A stretch of 61,605 nt of DNA, counting the filler. It is 10 parts of 10 records of this genome, joined end to end, with 100 filler letters (N's around TTAATTAATTAA, not from the genome) between each part and the next. Parts side by side here need not be neighbours in the genome. Positions count along the whole stretch, not along the records: positions 1 to 5,804 come from SRR31156797_55107; positions 5,905 to 15,491 come from SRR31156797_55134; 8 more parts are not named here. One strand, written 5' to 3'. The notes beneath the pieces are model-generated. The model ran no database searches. It saw only the letters and a list, made by a program, of their open reading frames with translations, and was not told where the DNA came from. The position numbers and the translations under genes are program-made. This document shows, piece after piece, positions 1 through 10,300 of the stretch (its first letter is position 1; each line of letters begins with the position of its first letter).

Positions 1-1
1 A

Positions 2-382
2 GACCTTTTCCTTCAATATTCCCGACTTGGCCGGGCCTATCACCATGTGGGCAAAACCAAGGAAGCCCTGGCGGCTTTGGATGCAGCAATGGCTTTAATG
101 CCGAAAAATCCAATGCCTGAAACTTTGTATCTCATGGCCGATGCTTTCAAGCGGATGGGCCAAAAAGAAAAACAAAAACAGATTCTTGATTTGATGGTCA
201 AAAACAGAAATCCGTTCTGGCGTGATGTAGCCAATCAGGAAATCGTGGAGCTCGAACCGGATAAAAGAATCAGTAGATTGATAGACCAGAGATCGTCTAA
301 AAACGTGGAGTCAAGAAATGGCAGTAAAAACGACAGTTCCCCTGACCAACCCGGAAGAGAGCCGTCTCCGGCCGCACCATGA
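2..382 (+). CDS. TPR-repeat protein, 5'-truncated at window edge
   Basis: Frame is open from base 2 (DLFLQYSRLGRAYHHVGKTKEALAALDAAMAL...ETLYLMADAFKRMG), a TPR-like helical pattern. Confidence 0.55.
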   Translation, partial: DLFLQYSRLGRAYHHVGKTKEALAALDAAMALMPKNPMPETLYLMADAFKRMGQKEKQKQILDLMVKNRNPFWRDVANQEIVELEPDKRISRLIDQRSSKNVESRNGSKNDSSPDQPGREPSPAAP

Positions 383-1517
383 AACGGTAATTCCTCTTCG
401 GGATTTTAACAGCAGGAAGCAGACAGGACCGCCGGACGGCGAGACGCCGGCGGACGAACCGGCCGAACTGGCTATGAGCCTTGCAGTGTTGAAATTTGTG
501 TTGGACAACATTCATACCGGCGTCCTCGTGTTTTCTCCGGGAGGTGAAATAGTACTAGCTAATAAGGCGGCCCTGATGATTTTGCGCCTGAATGCTAAAA
601 ACGCGGACCGCCTTCCCTCGGTTCTAAGCCGCCAGTTCATCGATGCGGCCGGTCAGGGCATGATTGTCTGCCAGGGTCCGGGCGGCCGTCTTTTATCCTG
701 CTCTCTAAGTCCCATTCCATTTTTCAAGGACAACGAAGGCGGGACAAACATTATGGCCATGATCGAGGACGTTACCGAGCAGGTAAAAATGGGCGCGCAG
801 CGGGAAAGGGCCAATTCGCTTTCAGCCATGGGTGAAATGGCGGCGGAAGTCGCGCACCAGATCAGAAATCCTTTGGGCGGGATAGAACTTTTCACTTCGC
901 TGCTGGGCCGGGAAATAGCAGGAGAAGAATCCCTGGAGCGTTTTATTGAAAACATTCAGGGCGGAGTCAAGGAAATAAACCATTTGATAACCAACTACCT
1001 GGCTTTGGCCCGCCCGCCCAGACCGGTGAAAACCGCCGTCAATATCGGACGGCTGCTGGAAGAAGCCATCTCCGCTGCGACTGAAGTTCTTGAACACAAT
1101 TCCATACAGACGATCCTGGGTTTGAATTTTCAGAGCGCCTGGGTTGAAGCGGATTCGGAACTTATGCTGCAAGTGTTCCTGAATATAATCCTGAACGCGG
1201 TGGAAGCAATGGCTACGGTTAACGACCGGAAAAACCGCCTGGAAATCACCATGAAAAACGAGCAACGGCGGGTGAAAATAAAATTTCATGATAACGGCCC
1301 CGGCATTGGAGAAAAGGAACTTGCCAGAATATTCAATCCTTTCTTCACCACCAAGGATAAAAACCTTGGTCTCGGTCTTGCCGTCAGCCATCGTATCATT
1401 GATGCGCACGGGGGCCTTATACAAATAAACAGCAGGTTGGGACTTGGAGCAATGGTAACAATAACATTGAACATGATGCCGGCTAAACAAATACCGGCCA
1501 AGCATCTCAGGAGTTGA
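318..1517 (+). CDS. PAS-domain sensor histidine kinase (FlgS/FleS-like)
   Basis: H-box (AHQIRNPL), N-box (QVFLNIILNA), DNGPGI, FNPFFTTK, GLGL; directly upstream of a sigma54 response regulator and flagellar genes. Confidence 0.9.
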   Translation: MAVKTTVPLTNPEESRLRPHHETVIPLRDFNSRKQTGPPDGETPADEPAELAMSLAVLKFVLDNIHTGVLVFSPGGEIVLANKAALMILRLNAKNADRLPSVLSRQFIDAAGQGMIVCQGPGGRLLSCSLSPIPFFKDNEGGTNIMAMIEDVTEQVKMGAQRERANSLSAMGEMAAEVAHQIRNPLGGIELFTSLLGREIAGEESLERFIENIQGGVKEINHLITNYLALARPPRPVKTAVNIGRLLEEAISAATEVLEHNSIQTILGLNFQSAWVEADSELMLQVFLNIILNAVEAMATVNDRKNRLEITMKNEQRRVKIKFHDNGPGIGEKELARIFNPFFTTKDKNLGLGLAVSHRIIDAHGGLIQINSRLGLGAMVTITLNMMPAKQIPAKHLRS

Positions 1518-1521
1518 CGGC

Positions 1522-2898
1522 ATGCCTGCCAGACCGATTCTAGTAGTAGATGATGAACCGAGCATGAGAAATGCTCTTTTTGAAGCGCTCACCCGCCAGG
1601 GGCACGCGGTGGATTTGGCTGAAAACGGCGAAGAAGCCTTGGTCAAGTTCAAGGCCCACCCATATGATATGGTTATCACGGACGTCAGAATGCCCAAGCT
1701 GGACGGTATGGAGTTGCTGCGGGAACTGAACCGGCATTCACCTCAAACGCCTGTATTGGTTATTTCGGGCTACGGCACGGTTGAAAGCGCGGTTGACGCC
1801 ATGCGCGAAGGGGCTTTCGATTACATACTCAAGCCTTTTTCTCTTGAGTTAATAGAAGAAACCGTGGACAGGGCCTTGAATTCCTCCCCTAGGGAATCCG
1901 CTTGCAGGAATACATTCCAAGGTGAAGCCGGCCGCAGGCCGATCATCACCACCAACGGGAATATGAAGAGGGTCCTTGAGATCGGCATGAGCGTGGCCCC
2001 CAGTAAAGCCACGGTTCTTCTCCAGGGTGAATCCGGTACGGGCAAGGAGCTTATCGCGCGTTTTATTCATAACAGTTCCGACAGGTCGGGCGGGCCTTTT
2101 GTGGCGGTTAATTGCGCCAGCCTGCCCGAAGGTCTTCTGGAAAGCGAGCTTTTCGGCCACGAAAAAGGGTCGTTTACCGGCGCGGTCAGCAGAAAGCTGG
2201 GCAAATTCGAATTGGCCGACCAGGGGACAATTCTTCTGGATGAGGTAAGCGAAATGGACCTTTCCCTGCAAGCCAAACTGCTAAGGGTTCTGCAGGAAGG
2301 AGAGGTTGACCGCGTCGGCGGCAAGTCCCCGACCAAAATTGATGTCAGGGTTATTGCCACCACGAACAGGGACCTGAAGCAATGGGTTGAAGAAAAAAAT
2401 TTCCGGCAGGATCTGTATTATCGCCTTAATGTCATTCCGCTGACTATTCCGCCGCTCAGAGAAAGGCGCAACGACATAGAATTACTGACCGTGCATTTTC
2501 TTGAGAGATACGCCCGGGCCAACGCCAAAGGCGAAAAAAAGCTTTCCGCGCGCGCCCTGCAATCCTTGCTGAATATGGAATGGCCCGGCAATGTCCGTGA
2601 GCTCGAAAACATCATCGCCAGGGGCGTATTGTTATCTTCGGGTTCGGAAGTCGACATATCCGATTTATTCCTGGAAGAATGGCCCGTCATTGATCAAAGA
2701 CCGGAACTGGAAGCAAGGTTAGACGGCCTGATGACCATTCGGGAAATGGAAAGAGGACTGATTAAAAAAGCCCTGCAGGAGACGGAAGGAAACCGGACCC
2801 ACGCCGCCAAGATTTTGGGCATAAGCGTCAGAACCTTGAGAAACAAACTGGCCGAATATAAGGGAACAGCTTTCGAGATAACCAGCCAGGTCGCCTGA
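1522..2898 (+). CDS. Sigma54-dependent response regulator (FlgR/FleR, NtrC family)
   Basis: Receiver domain (ILVVDD, D-phosphoacceptor region ITDVRMP), Walker A GESGTGKE, GSFTGA loop, WPGNVREL, C-terminal Fis HTH. Confidence 0.93.
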   Translation: MPARPILVVDDEPSMRNALFEALTRQGHAVDLAENGEEALVKFKAHPYDMVITDVRMPKLDGMELLRELNRHSPQTPVLVISGYGTVESAVDAMREGAFDYILKPFSLELIEETVDRALNSSPRESACRNTFQGEAGRRPIITTNGNMKRVLEIGMSVAPSKATVLLQGESGTGKELIARFIHNSSDRSGGPFVAVNCASLPEGLLESELFGHEKGSFTGAVSRKLGKFELADQGTILLDEVSEMDLSLQAKLLRVLQEGEVDRVGGKSPTKIDVRVIATTNRDLKQWVEEKNFRQDLYYRLNVIPLTIPPLRERRNDIELLTVHFLERYARANAKGEKKLSARALQSLLNMEWPGNVRELENIIARGVLLSSGSEVDISDLFLEEWPVIDQRPELEARLDGLMTIREMERGLIKKALQETEGNRTHAAKILGISVRTLRNKLAEYKGTAFEITSQVA

Positions 2899-2958
2899 TT
2901 GGAAGGTATACCGTGCAAAACAGCTTTAAATTGATCGGAGGACGATCAGAACAGACCT

Positions 2959-2974
2959 TGGCACATAAGTTGCT
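2959..2974 (+). promoter_or_regulatory. Sigma54 (-24/-12) promoter of the flgBC-fliEF operon
   Basis: TGGCAC-ATAAG-TTGCT matches the TGGCAC-N5-TTGC consensus, about 35 nt before the flgB ATG and next to a sigma54 activator gene. Confidence 0.88.
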
Positions 2975-3009
2975 CCCAATCAAACTGATTATTATAAGAG
3001 GTGAATTCG

Positions 3010-3444
3010 ATGACCGAGCTAACTAGCAATTTATTCAACCGGGCCATGAACGTAATGGGCAAATCCATGGGTTTGCGGTTGGCCAGGCACAGCATGGCCT
3101 CAACCAACCTGGCCAATATGGATACTCCCGGGTACAAGGTCAGGCATATTAAATTCGAGAAGACCTTGCAGCAGGCCCTTGGCCCGGCTGAAGGCCAGTT
3201 GGAAGTCAGGCAGACCCACAACAGACACATGCCGGTTAGAAGCATTGAAAAAGCCTATGTAAACGCCCAAAAAGACATAAAATATTCACCCTACGGCCAG
3301 GATGAAAAAGGGAAGGATATTTTGGACATAGACAAGGAAATGACCAGCCTGGCCAAAAACAACCTGATTTATAACGCTACAGTTCAAATGCTGGCCAAAC
3401 AATTTGAAGGACTTAAAACTGCAATCAACGAGGGAGGTCGTTAA
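3010..3444 (+). CDS. flgB: Flagellar basal-body rod protein FlgB
   Basis: STNLANMDTPGYK motif; C-terminal DIDKEM..LAKN; ATG at 3010 follows a GAGGTG RBS. Confidence 0.93.
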   Translation: MTELTSNLFNRAMNVMGKSMGLRLARHSMASTNLANMDTPGYKVRHIKFEKTLQQALGPAEGQLEVRQTHNRHMPVRSIEKAYVNAQKDIKYSPYGQDEKGKDILDIDKEMTSLAKNNLIYNATVQMLAKQFEGLKTAINEGGR

Positions 3445-3446
3445 TA

Positions 3447-3884
3447 GTGAATTTCTTAAACGCCATGGATATCAGTTCGTCCGGCCTGACCGCCCAAAGA
3501 AACCGTATTAACCTTTGCGCCATGAATCTGTCGCACATGCAAACCACCAGGACGCCCGAAGGCGGTCCGTACAGAAGAAAGATGCCGGTTTTTTCCACCG
3601 AACCTCTGTTTCAAGGATTTCGAGGCCGCCTGCAGGACGGTCTCAACCGGGAACTGGAAGACGTTCAGGTTCAGGAAGTCATTGAAGACAAAAGGGATTT
3701 CAAGATGGTCTTCGATCCTTCGCATCCGGAAGCCGATGAATTCGGGTATGTTCTAATGCCCAATATTAACGTGGTCGAGGAAATGGTCGACATTATATCG
3801 GCCGGAAGATCTTATGAAGCAAACATTACAGCTCTTAAAAGCAGCCAGAACATGGCCCTTAAGGCCCTGGAAATATTGGCTTAG
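3447..3884 (+). CDS. flgC: Flagellar basal-body rod protein FlgC
   Basis: SSSGLTAQRNR, GGPYRRK, DPSHPEAD..GYVLMPNINVVEEMVD..A.RSYEAN. Confidence 0.96.
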   Translation: MNFLNAMDISSSGLTAQRNRINLCAMNLSHMQTTRTPEGGPYRRKMPVFSTEPLFQGFRGRLQDGLNRELEDVQVQEVIEDKRDFKMVFDPSHPEADEFGYVLMPNINVVEEMVDIISAGRSYEANITALKSSQNMALKALEILA

Positions 3885-3981
3885 GCGGCTGCCGCATCAA
3901 CAGAGCAGCTTACATATTGAATTAACAAAGCAAATTGGGCCGCCCGCCGCCGGACCGGGTTTTGTTCATTAGGAGGTTCCC

Positions 3982-4269
3982 ATGAAAACATCACCCATTA
4001 GCACCCCTCCCCTTGATATGTTGACTCCCAAGGATAAGCCCGACACAAGGCCGGGCTTTAAGGAAACGCTCAAGGAGTCCATCGATAAAGTAAACGACAT
4101 GCAGATGGAGGCCCATTCGGCCATGGAAGCACTGGCCACGGGCAAAACCAATAATCTGCATGAAACCATGATCACTATTCAAAAAGCTGAAATTTCATTT
4201 AAAATGATGATGCAGGTAAGAAACAAAATAATGAGCGCTTACCAGGAAGTCATGAGAATGTCCGTGTAA
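3982..4269 (+). CDS. fliE: Flagellar hook-basal body protein FliE
   Basis: LHETMI..QKAEISF.MMMQVRNKIMSAYQEVMRM C-terminus. Confidence 0.96.
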   Translation: MKTSPISTPPLDMLTPKDKPDTRPGFKETLKESIDKVNDMQMEAHSAMEALATGKTNNLHETMITIQKAEISFKMMMQVRNKIMSAYQEVMRMSV

Positions 4270-4318
4270 GCGGGCAGTTGTAAACAAGCCCGACCGGGAC
4301 CAGGGGGATTGATAAAAA

Positions 4319-5804
4319 GTGTTTGAAAAATTAAATGAAAGATTCGTACGGAGCCGGGAAGTATTCGGCGCCATGACCCCCGGGAAAAAGATTATGGTTG
4401 CGGGCGGGCTGGCCGCTGTTCTGGCCTCTTTTATCGTCCTGCTCATAATAGCCAATACGCCTGATTACCAGGTCATGTATTCCCGTCTTTCCCAGGAAGA
4501 CGCCGGGGCCATAGTAGATAAGTTAAAAGAAAAAAAGGTCCCCTATCGTCTTTCCGGGGGAGGGAGCGTGATCGAGGTTCCCAAGGAACTGATGCAGGAA
4601 ACCCGCCTGTTCTTAGCCACGGAAGGGCTGCCTGCCGGCGGCGCTGTCGGCATGGAAATGTTTGACGAAACAAAGCTGGGCGCCACGGATTTCGTCCAGC
4701 GTCTGAATTTTCAACGCGCTCTCCAGGGCGAACTCGAAAGAACGATCAAGAAATTTCCGGAAATCGACCAGGTTCGGGTTCATTTGAACATACCCAAAGA
4801 GTCGCTTTTTATTGAAGAAGCCAGGGAGCCGTCTGCATCAATCGTGGTTAAGTTGAAAATGGGACGGGAATTGTCCCGGGCTCAGCTTGCGGGCATCGTG
4901 CACCTGGTGTCCAGTTCGGTTGAAGGCCTGAAGCCGGAAAGCATAAGCGTGGTTGATACTTCCGGCGGCCTGCTGTACAGCAAGGAAGAAGGAGACGGCG
5001 CGCTTTTGAGCGAGAGTCAGGTTCGCCGCCGTCGCAAGCTCGAACAGGATCTGGCCAACCGCATCACCACCATGCTGGAACGACTGGTCGGCCCCGACAA
5101 GGCCCTGGCCAGGGTGACGGCCGATCTCAATTATCAGCAGATAAGCACAAGCGAAGAAATATACGACCCGGACCGTACCGCCATCCGCAGCGAACAAAGG
5201 CTTAGTGAAAAGAGCCAGGACGGGGCCGGGGCCGCCGGCGGCGTCCCGAATGCAACTTATGAACTCGGCACAGGACAAAGACAGCAAGGCGCCGGAGCCG
5301 GCGGAGGCGAGCAGTACGAAAAAACCGAAGACACGACCAATTATGAAATCACGCGTATTAACCGCACCATATTGGTTCCGGCCGGAGAAGTAAAACGCCT
5401 TTCAGTGGCGGTAATGGTGGATGGGACCTATACGGAAGCTGTAAAAGACGATAAAATAGAACGTACATATATACCCAGGACCCAGGCCGAACTGGCCCAG
5501 TTTGAGGACCTGGTCAGGAATGCCGTCGGGTATGATGAAGAGCGGGGCGATTCAGTCGTGGTCAGCAGCGTTGCCTTTTATTTACCCGAACAAAAAGCGC
5601 CGCACTGGTCCGACATGCCGCTCGATTATGCCCGTAAATACGGGAAGCCGGTGTTCAGCGTTTTATTAATAGTGTTGTTTTTCCTCTTCGTGGTCAGGCC
5701 GATTATGTCCAGGCTCATGAAAGCCACGGAGCCGGAAGAACCCGCGATTGAAACGGCCGCCCTGCCGGAAGGCGAAGAAGGAGCAGCTCTGCCTGAACCG
5801 GAAA
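4319..5804 (+). CDS. fliF: Flagellar M-ring protein FliF, 3'-truncated
   Basis: N-terminal TM, GATDFVQRLNFQRALQGELERTI, ASIVV, KRLSVAVMVDG, second TM near the contig end. Confidence 0.95.
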
Positions 5805-5904
5805 NNNNNNNNNNNNNNNNNNNNNNNNNNNNNNNNNNNNNNNNNNNNTTAATTAATTAANNNNNNNNNNNNNNNNNNNNNNNNNNNNNNNNNNNNNNNN
5901 NNNN
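5805..5904. other. Artificial contig spacer
   Basis: 100 nt: N-run, TTAATTAATTAA (stops in all six frames), N-run; composition changes abruptly across it. Confidence 0.98.
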
Positions 5905-6260
5905 ACACTTGAGACCTTTTACCATTACGTTGTTCCTTAGCGAATTTAATATAGCGTAATGGAGGTTCGATTAGAAAGATTGTTAATACTAATGAAATAA
6001 TCTGCGCTGTTTTATATGTAGGATTTCTTCTGCCGTCAGAAATATGTTCTATTCTCTTGTCAATATAGTAAACATTTTTTAAGTATTTTATCAGCTTTAA
6101 GAAGTAATTTTCTCTCAAATTCATATGCCTTTTCTACTAATTGTATTAAATCCGTTTCTTTACAGTAAGGGTGTAAAATATTGTGAATTTAATACACTGA
6201 AAAAAGCTCGACAAGTCGCCTTGTAGAGCCTGTTTAGAGATATTGAACCGAAATCGCTGG
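5905..6260 (-). mobile_element. IS remnant: N-terminal transposase fragment (to about 6124) plus probable element end
   Basis: LRENYFLKLIKYLKNVYYIDKRI...RNPTYKTAQIISL is a paralog of 12961-13296; resembles clostridial DDE transposase N-termini; family not assigned. Confidence 0.55.
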
Positions 6261-6264
6261 ATTT

Positions 6265-6304
6265 TTATGTTAGATGAAAATATGGCAGATTTTCATCAAC
6301 ATAA
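6265..6304 (-). terminator. Hairpin terminator of the opp operon
   Basis: Inverted repeat TTATGTTAGATGAAAAT / ATTTTCATCAACATAA immediately after the oppF stop. Confidence 0.6.
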
Positions 6305-6306
6305 TC

Positions 6307-7221
6307 TCATTTCCACTGAGCAAATTCATCATCTGTAGCTAATACATAATGAGTACTGCTCAATTTCTTCCAAGTAGAAGTATTGTAATTGAGCATACTT
6401 TCGTCTAGTTGTACCCTTTTCCTAACTCTTTCATATCGAGGATTTGGATGTGGAATAGCAGACAGCAGTGACTTCGTATATGGATGGATTGGATTCTCAT
6501 ATATATCTTCTTTATTACCCAGCTCAACTATATGCCCCTTATGCATTACAGCAATTCTATCGCTGATATGCTTAACCATTGAGAGATCATGTGCAATAAA
6601 TAAATACGTCATACCCATTTCATTTTGTAATTCTTTCAGAAGATTTATTACCTGTGCTTGAATAGACACGTCCAGTGCGCTAACAGCTTCATCTGCAATA
6701 ATGAAATCAGGCTCCATTACCATCGCACGAGCTATGCCAATTCGCTGCCTTTGACCGCCAGAAAATTGATGAGGGTATCTCTGTAAATGGTCTTTCAACA
6801 GACCTACTTTGCCCAACACTGCCTCTATCTTTTCCTGGCGTTCTTCTTTAGTTTTATATAGATTATTAACATCTAACCCCTGACCTATGATGTCCACTAC
6901 TTTTAACCTTGGGTTTAAACTAGCCATAGGATCCTGAAAAATCATCTGCATGTCAATTCTAAGCTTATTCTTTGTTTCTTTATTAAGCTTTCCTGAAACT
7001 TTCATGTCTTTAAAGTAAATATCCCCTTTGGGATCATACAACCTAATAATAGAACGTCCCAAAGTAGATTTTCCGCTTCCTGACTCACCAACTAATGAGA
7101 AAGTCTCCCCTTTATATATTTCAAAAGAAACCCCGTCAACAGCCTTAACAACTGACTTTTTATCAATCGGAAAATACTTCTTTAAATTTTCCACTTTCAA
7201 TATAATTTCTCTATTATCCAT
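6307..7221 (-). CDS. oppF: Oligopeptide ABC transporter ATP-binding protein OppF
   Basis: [42 protein letters not shown]. Confidence 0.93.
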   Translation of the reverse strand: MDNREIILKVENLKKYFPIDKKSVVKAVDGVSFEIYKGETFSLVGESGSGKSTLGRSIIRLYDPKGDIYFKDMKVSGKLNKETKNKLRIDMQMIFQDPMASLNPRLKVVDIIGQGLDVNNLYKTKEERQEKIEAVLGKVGLLKDHLQRYPHQFSGGQRQRIGIARAMVMEPDFIIADEAVSALDVSIQAQVINLLKELQNEMGMTYLFIAHDLSMVKHISDRIAVMHKGHIVELGNKEDIYENPIHPYTKSLLSAIPHPNPRYERVRKRVQLDESMLNYNTSTWKKLSSTHYVLATDDEFAQWK

Positions 7222-7222
7222 C

Positions 7223-8257
7223 CTAATACTCCTTGCTTAGCATAACGTCAATACGTCTTTGCAGTGCCTGAGGCTTCTTAATATCTGGTGCATTTTCATG
7301 CAGAAGCCAAGTTGCTGCATAATGTGTATCACTAACCTTGAAAAACGGTGGCTGCTCTTTGAAGTCTATATTTAATGCTGCCATACTTCGGGGTGCAAAA
7401 GCATCACCTTCTGGCGGATGTATTAAGTTCGGAGTGGTACCCGGAATAGAATACAGTTCATCTACATCTACAGATATCTCTGGAATTGATGCTAATAATC
7501 CCCATGTGTACGGATGCCTAGGGTCATAGTATATTTCATCCGCCAATCCATATTCGACTATCTTGCCAGCATACATAACAGCTACTCTTGTTGCCATATT
7601 TGCAACAACGCCTAAATCATGTGTGATAAAAATAATAGATACACCAGTTTTTTCTTGAATCTCTTTTATCAGCTCTAATATTCTCGACTGAATAGTTACA
7701 TCCAGTGCAGTAGTTGGTTCATCAGCTATCAAAACATCTGGTTCTGAAGCCAAAGCAATAGCAATAACAACTCTTTGCCTCATTCCTCCAGATAATTGGT
7801 GTGGATAATTCTTAAATCTCTTTTGAGGCTTATCAATACCTACAGTATCTAATAACTCTATTGCTCTTTTCTTAGCTTCTTTTTTCTTTGTAGACGTATG
7901 CTCTGTAATGCTTTCTACAATTTGTGCACCTATAGTCATTGTAGGATTTAGACTTGTCATTGGGTCTTGGAATATCATAGATATCCTTGCTCCTCTGATT
8001 TTTGAAAGCTGTCTTTTGGACATCTTAATTATGTCTTCACCTTCAAATATTATCTCACCATTTTCTACTACAGCATTATCGTCAAGCATTCCTGTAATCG
8101 CTTTTGTTGTAACCGATTTACCACTGCCGGATTCACCAACTATTGCCAATGTTTCACCTTTATATAAATCGAAACTTACATTTCTGATTGCATAAAGTTT
8201 CCCACCTGCGGTAGTAAAGGAAATAACTAAATCTTTTACTTCAAGTATCTTTTCCAT
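7223..8257 (-). CDS. oppD: Oligopeptide ABC transporter ATP-binding protein OppD
   Basis: [36 protein letters not shown]. Confidence 0.93.
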   Translation of the reverse strand: MEKILEVKDLVISFTTAGGKLYAIRNVSFDLYKGETLAIVGESGSGKSVTTKAITGMLDDNAVVENGEIIFEGEDIIKMSKRQLSKIRGARISMIFQDPMTSLNPTMTIGAQIVESITEHTSTKKKEAKKRAIELLDTVGIDKPQKRFKNYPHQLSGGMRQRVVIAIALASEPDVLIADEPTTALDVTIQSRILELIKEIQEKTGVSIIFITHDLGVVANMATRVAVMYAGKIVEYGLADEIYYDPRHPYTWGLLASIPEISVDVDELYSIPGTTPNLIHPPEGDAFAPRSMAALNIDFKEQPPFFKVSDTHYAATWLLHENAPDIKKPQALQRRIDVMLSKEY

Positions 8258-8258
8258 G

Positions 8259-9269
8259 TTATTCCTCCTTCATTTTTGGATCAAAAGCATCTCTCAATCC
8301 GTCAGCTACAAGGTTAAATGTAAGCATTAACAACGCAATAATTATTACTGGGAAAACAATCATATAAGGATATACTAAGATTGACTTATAACCCTCACTT
8401 ATTAAAACACCCAGAGATGCCATTGGCGGCTGTAATCCCAGACCAATAAATGCTAGGAAAGACTCGTAGAAAATAGCATTAGGAATAGAGAACATACTCA
8501 TAACTATTACCTGACCAAATATATTTGGCAAAATGTCTCTGAATATTATTCTTGCTGTGGAAGAGTTAAGCGTCTTCGATGCCAGAATGAACTCCATTTC
8601 CTTAAGCTTAAGCACCTGCGATCTTACAACCCTGCTCATACCAATCCATCCAGTAATAATTAATGCCAATGATATGGACATGATACCTGGGTTTAGTACC
8701 AGTACCAGCAGTGTAACAATTACAAGCGATGGAATACCGACTATTACCTCTATTATCCTCTGCATAATTACATCAACACGTCCTCCGACGTAACCAGAAA
8801 TCATACCGTAAGTTATACCGATAAGCATGTCAATTGTCATAGCTAATAGAGCAATATAAAACGATACCCTAGTACCAATCCACACTCGCGTCCATAAATC
8901 CCTGCCCAGCTTATCTGTTCCAAAGTAATGGTACACATCATCCAGACCTTTTTCCTCGTATACATTTACCCCATTCAATGTTCCGTCCATTATGCCTAGA
9001 TTCTCCAAACCAGGAACTCTAGGAGGCAACTTTGTTCTGTCTTTCATTACCTGATCATATGTATATTCATTGAAATATGGACCAATAATAGCCATAATCA
9101 ATATAATTGCAATAATAATAATTCCTACAACAGCACCTTTGTTCTGCTTAAATCTATGGAATGCATCCTGCCAAAAAGATCTTGTGTCAGAAACCATTTC
9201 TCTTTGAGCATTACTACTAGTCAATGCTTTTACAAAGTCTTTTTCACTAAATCTACTTTTCATATTCAC
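8259..9269 (-). CDS. oppC: Oligopeptide ABC transporter permease OppC
   Basis: SFWQDAFHRFKQNK, FGTDKLGRDLWTRVW, DGLRDAFDPK. Confidence 0.93.
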   Translation of the reverse strand: MNMKSRFSEKDFVKALTSSNAQREMVSDTRSFWQDAFHRFKQNKGAVVGIIIIAIILIMAIIGPYFNEYTYDQVMKDRTKLPPRVPGLENLGIMDGTLNGVNVYEEKGLDDVYHYFGTDKLGRDLWTRVWIGTRVSFYIALLAMTIDMLIGITYGMISGYVGGRVDVIMQRIIEVIVGIPSLVIVTLLVLVLNPGIMSISLALIITGWIGMSRVVRSQVLKLKEMEFILASKTLNSSTARIIFRDILPNIFGQVIVMSMFSIPNAIFYESFLAFIGLGLQPPMASLGVLISEGYKSILVYPYMIVFPVIIIALLMLTFNLVADGLRDAFDPKMKEE

Positions 9270-10201
9270 TCACCCTTTGATAATCTTATTCTTGGATCTA
9301 TAATTCCGTACAAAACATCAACAACTAGATTAACCGAAATATATAAAATACTATAAATAAAAGCTATTGCTATAACTACGTTAAAATCATTTACCTGAAT
9401 GCTTTCAACAAGCAAACCCCCAATTCCTGGTATTCTGAATATCTTTTCTACTACTAAAGAACCAACCATCAGATTAACTAAAAGAGGACCTAGAACTGTA
9501 ATTACAGGAATCAATCCATTTCTGAATGCATGCTTAAATATCACTTTGAATCCGCTTAAGCCCTTTGCGTTTGCTAACTTAATATAGTCTGATTTTAATA
9601 TTTCAATCAGCTCCATTCTCAAGAACCTAGCAACCTGTGCAGTAACAAACATAGATAATGCCAGTGTTGGTAGAAGTGAAGAAGTCAAAGGTTCCTTTAT
9701 CTGGTATGTTATAGGAAGAAGTTCCATTTTATAACCTACAAAATAACTTAACCCTAGTGCAAAAACATATGAAGGAATACTTACTCCTAATACTGCAATA
9801 ACAGTTGTTAAACTATCATATATCGTATTTCTTTTTACACCTGCAATAACACCTAGAATGATGCCAATAAATGTGCCCCATACAATCGCTTGTGAGCCAA
9901 TTCTAATAGTTGTAGATATTCTGCTTGCCAGCAAGCTGCTTACACTTGCATTCTTTTTAATAACGTATGAATCACCAAAATCCTGGTGAACAACAATATT
10001 TTTTACATAGTTTACGAATCTTATATAAAAGGGTTTATCTAATCCATATTTCTCATTAAGTATTTCCAACTGCTGTGTGGATAATTTTTCATCGTTAAAT
10101 GGTGAACCTGGCATGAAGTTCAACAATGTAAACAGGAAAAACAATATGACAGCAATTGTTACCAAAGAAATTATTACTCTTTTTAAAATGTATTTTACCA
10201 T
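9266..10201 (-). CDS. oppB: Oligopeptide ABC transporter permease OppB
   Basis: KYILKR, MPGSPF, DFGDS, VEKIFRIPGIG, DVLYGIIDPRIRL. Confidence 0.93.
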   Translation of the reverse strand: MVKYILKRVIISLVTIAVILFFLFTLLNFMPGSPFNDEKLSTQQLEILNEKYGLDKPFYIRFVNYVKNIVVHQDFGDSYVIKKNASVSSLLASRISTTIRIGSQAIVWGTFIGIILGVIAGVKRNTIYDSLTTVIAVLGVSIPSYVFALGLSYFVGYKMELLPITYQIKEPLTSSLLPTLALSMFVTAQVARFLRMELIEILKSDYIKLANAKGLSGFKVIFKHAFRNGLIPVITVLGPLLVNLMVGSLVVEKIFRIPGIGGLLVESIQVNDFNVVIAIAFIYSILYISVNLVVDVLYGIIDPRIRLSKGE

Positions 10202-10237
10202 ACTCTACCTTCCTTATACCTTGATACTATTACATAA

Positions 10238-10270
10238 AGCAAACTTTCACTTTGAAAGCGAAAGTTTGCC
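10238..10270 (-). terminator. Intercistronic stem-loop after oppA
   Basis: GCAAACTTTC...GAAAGTTTGC inverted repeat between oppA and oppB; typical of a partial terminator or stabiliser of binding-protein mRNA. Confidence 0.6.
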
Positions 10271-10300
10271 TCATTGTTAATATCAAGTTATCTGCTAAAT